Origin: Dirinaria sp. TL-2023a
Lineage: Eukaryota
Direction: 5' to 3'
Assembly: GCA_051941275.1 (NCBI GenBank)
Contig: JAVEBF010000071.1
Coordinates: 1-34,623 of the forward strand
Length of the DNA: 34,623 bases
Shown piece after piece: positions 30,884 to 34,623 of this stretch. The position numbers and the translations under genes are program-made. Every line of letters begins with the position of its first letter. Within the stretch, counting starts at the first letter, position 1. The notes under the pieces are model-generated. The model was not told the DNA's origin. It searched no databases and was given only the letters and a program-made list of their open reading frames with translations.

Positions 30884-33666
30884 TTAGCCAATCATCCCCT
30901 GCTGCTCCGACTTATACTTCTCGAACTGTTTGATGAATTCGTCCTTGAAGTCCTTGACGTTGCCCAGCATTGTCTTGATGTGCCTTTTCTCAAGTCTAGG
31001 CTTTCCTTGAGCCCGTGCCAGGCTCAGCGCACTGGTTATGATGTTTCGAATCTGTCGTCCGTCAAGACCCATTTTGATTACGTCTTCTTTTAGCCACGAT
31101 CGAATATCCTCCATATCTTTTACAAGGCCTCTCTTGGCTAGCGGTTCCAAGAACCCTTCAAAGATGGCCATTGTTTGCTCTTTGTTCAGATTGACGTACT
31201 TGATTGCGACTTGGATGCGAGATTGAACAGCGACATCGAATTGGGCTATTTGGTTAGTCGTGAGCATCATGATCCCTATTCATTGCTTAGCGTATCATTT
31301 CCAGATCGAAGATCGTGTATGTATCTACCCTGGTAGTATTCTAGTACACGGAGGAACACTGAAACGGTTAGTATTCGCTGGATTAGAGTCGTTCTGTAGC
31401 TGCTCACCAGAAACGAGTGCGTTTCGTTCAGTATTACTTGCGATCCCTTTGCCCCTGCTCTCCAGAAAGACATCGGCTTCGTCGCTTCACGAATTGAAAT
31501 CAGTGACAGCGCAAGGTCATTGCTCTCATCGATAGTTACCTACATGAGGAGTACAGCTTGCCATGAGGTAGCTAAGGCGAAGATCTTCGCAAGGTTGGCT
31601 TCAACATGCTTTGCCTTAGTGCCTACGTCTGCCACACTTATCGAAAATAAGGGCTTCCGCGCAGCAATTGCTACCGTCTCGGCGGTTGAGGTTTTGCCCA
31701 CACCAGGCGGTCCTAATGAAGGTTCGAAATCTGAGTTTATTCGATTTCGGGGTCAACGGAATCGTACCATAAAGAAGTATCACCAATCCTTTTCCTTTTC
31801 TAGCAATGATATCATCTACTTCGAGACCATCATCCCGCGACAGATCGCTCGTGCCGTGACCCTTTACCAGATCCAGGATCATGTTCTTGGTCTCGTCACC
31901 ATCAGCTAACTTGAGTCTGGTGACCCACGAGTTGGTAGGGTCGTTGTCGGGGATATTTCGTAGCACAGAGACCTGTAGCTGCGCCCATTGCTTATCGCGC
32001 AAAAGGTATCCAAGCACTCTGGGAGGACATATCAAGTACTGTTCGTCCTCCCATTTGCCTTTCTGATGAGCCTCTTCGTCATATCTCGTTCTGTACCGTG
32101 CTTTCAATCCTTCATTCTGGCGGCAATCGACGCATACGCATTCAGTATAGTCGTTCTCTGGTGTAAGAGACCCGACATACGCGATCAATGGACCATAACG
32201 GAAATAAGACTCGAAGTCTACCATAGCCCGACTATCAACCTTAACGCGTCATTTTAGTCTAGTCCTTCCGCCATTAATGGTAAACTCACACTTGTAGATC
32301 TCTTCGGAGAACCGCTTGGCTCTGGATCGAACGTCGATCGTGACAAACCGTCCTCGTCCTGGATTGCGTGCTTTGAGCGGGGTTTCTTATGATAATTGGA
32401 AGACCAACCTTATCATCATCTCCTTGAATTCCAGAGAACCCCTTTTTGACAAACATCGCTTCTCCATTGTATTCGAACATTCGAGACCCTTGAGTTGCAG
32501 TACAAAATTGTCGATATTCCACGCCCCGCTTTATTAGGTTGCCTTTAATAAGAGCACGCTGGTCCTGTTCTTTGAGCTCGAATGGATGATAAGGAAGAGA
32601 CGTGATGGGCTTCTGCCCATCGAAATACTCAAACTCCAGCTTTAGACACATACGCCTAAATAATTTTCCATCCCAGTCATAAGTCCAACAGTGCAGAGAC
32701 CAAACAGCGTCTTCATAAGGTTGTCCTCGCGGGAGGTAAGGCCATGGCCGTAAGTTGTCTTTGACAATGAATAGCTGATCTTGTCCCAGGAACGGTTGCC
32801 CGTATACTAATGTGCCAGGAGGGAAGATTGTCCAAAGTGTTTCAAAGGTGACAGAATTTTGCTCATTGTTGGAATCGCGGCTTCTGAAGTATTTGTCTAA
32901 TTTGGGATCACCTGATGAACTGGAAATTGTGTCAAGAAGAAGCTTCAAATCGGCTCGAGCTTGCTTGTCATTGTCATTCTTTGGTGTTTCTTGAGTGGCT
33001 AGCACAAGTTTGTCCCAATAGAGAATCAAGGGCTCATATGGTGAATTGAGCGTCGAGGGTGAACCTCGGAAAGTATGATAAGGATAGTGGCGTAATAGCT
33101 CTCTGAGTAGTTCCCACAGGTCTAGATTTACAATGTCAATCTGGCCGTCATTATCGTCCCCGTCGTCATAAACATTCCTGCGTAACGTGAAGGCATGAGA
33201 TGTGTCTGTCGCTTTAGAAGACGCGGGTGACGTTTGAACCGGGGGCTCAAGTGGGTAGTCTTTACGCTCGCCCGTTTCTAAATCAGTTTTATTGATGACA
33301 ATCTTCACGCGCGATCTAAGAGTAGTCTCGTCTTTTGCGCCCTGTAATGCGTTAGCGTTTCAAATACTGAAGCTTCCTTGCGCAACCTGACTCACGTCGG
33401 CCTTATCTGTGGTTCCATTGGTAGACGGAAGCTGTAAATATTAGCCCATTCTCAATTGCTAAATTATTTTGGACATTGGTGGTAGATTGTACTGGGTCAG
33501 CGGAAGTTTCAGTGCTTTTGTCGATCGAGCTCTCAGTTGGCACTGAAACCTTCTCTTGAAGGGCGTGGTAGTTTTTCTCTAAGGCTGCGAATTTTGCCTC
33601 AAGAGCTGAAAACCTCTCTTCTAACGTCGTTTGGGACGAGCCATTCAAAGAAACTGCCTCGACCAT
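30884..33666 (-). CDS. Fungal single-module AAA+ ATPase with large N-terminal domain of unknown function
   Basis: Nine exons: 33666-33493, 33431-33396, 33341-32409, 32358-32290, 32239-31768, 31712-31544, 31484-31408, 31358-31329, 31275-30884. Walker A GKGLVILLYG|PPGVGKT, Walker B VLLI|DEADVFL, VFLRVLEYYQG|IMMLTTN, FDVAVQSRI, GRQIRN. Confidence 0.9.
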
Positions 33667-34623
33667 GTTGCTTTCGGTCGTATTTGTAGCCGCTCTCTGG
33701 CCTGATATATCTGGGCAAATTCAACTCTCTACCGCGCCGGGAGGCCAGGCAGCATATCTTTATCTGCACCGGCGCGAACTGCATGCAGCTCCAAGCCAAA
33801 ACCCTTTTGTGAGCCTGGTAAGCTAAGGCGGCTGACTAACCTCGAAATGCATCCCTGGCGGCTAGTGCAGGAGACGCAGGAGGCTAAAGAGCAGTGGTGG
33901 CAGTGCTAGAGATCACCAGCGCTGGCGGCATCGGCATTTCCTTCTCATATCCTTGCCCCCTTTGACTTTGGCCCTCTTTCATCTCCTCTGTGCTGATTGC
34001 ACAGAGGTGGTTGGTAGCCTGTTTTTAGCCATCATTGACGAAATCAAGTGAGGCTTTGCCAGCCCACCCAGCCCAAAGCTTTAGTCATGTACTCGTACAT
34101 AGCCATATCGGAGCTAGGAAGCATTAACTCGAATGCTCCTTTTTCTCGCTCGAGACAGCGAGAATCTTGTGCAATCGGCATCCATTATTCTCCCATCTGT
34201 CATTTAAGATGATGTCGTCGGCCCGACAAGACGCGTTGCTGGGCCGCACCACAATTACCGCTTTCTGGGGCCCAGGATTCTTAAACGAGGTATCAATTGA
34301 AGTACACGAAAAAATGTCATGGAGAAATGAGTATTAATTGAGAAAGTGAAAGAATTGGGGAGAATCTCGGCATGGAGTTTCCAAAAAACAATGTAGCCTT
34401 CATCTGAAGGCATCAACCCTCCGTACTCCGTAGTCAAGATCTATTGTGCGCTTCATCGGTAGGAAACTAGACGCATGAGAGACTATGAGGCCAGTTTGGA
34501 TTCATGTTTGTGTTGCTTCTTCCCGTGGTTCATACGCAAGTCGACAATAATTCAAGACCCTCGCAAGCTGTCAGCGTTGGTGGCGTTGCTTGTCGCTTTG
34601 ACGGAGAATGATCGTCCCGTTAT

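Noticed and set aside
4595..33666. A functional gene cluster (e.g. CSN1 + Fun30 + G3BP-like + AAA ATPase as one system)
   Set aside because: Unrelated housekeeping functions in mixed orientation; no PKS/NRPS, transporter-regulator pair, recombinase or transposase.
406..34437. Many short antisense or overlapping ORFs in the six-frame track (e.g. 406-855, 6002-6424, 8822-9310, 19813-20241, 27225-27650)
   Set aside because: Shadows of real genes or chance ORFs, many with GTG/TTG starts and no recognisable motifs.

Overview
Eukaryotic DNA from a filamentous ascomycete (Pezizomycotina). Short GT-AG introns with CTRAY branch points break most genes, so the supplied ORF track fragments them; exon structures below were rebuilt by hand. 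The window is a gene-dense housekeeping block of 13 genes: an 804-aa multi-TM hypothetical protein, monoglyceride-lipase-like hydrolase, TRM61-like tRNA m1A methyltransferase, COP9 subunit CSN1, glucose-6-phosphate dehydrogenase, ribosomal protein eL33, a DUF2406 protein, VMA21, a Fun30/SMARCAD1 remodeller, an NTF2+RRM (G3BP/Bre5/Nxt3-like) protein, a small conserved hypothetical, a TPR-like protein and a fungal AAA+ ATPase. I see no biosynthetic cluster, intact transposon or RNA gene, and no clear new multi-gene system. The best leads are non-coding: two copies of a ~60-bp hairpin (MITE-like) element in divergent promoters, a strongly recurrent promoter-region motif TAAGGTA, a second motif TACTCCGTA, and a CC/GG-depleted repeat-like left edge. 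Possible isoform or targeting signals also appear: a stop-free G6PD intron 1, a TGA-CTG stop on G6PD, and an SKL terminus on the lipase.
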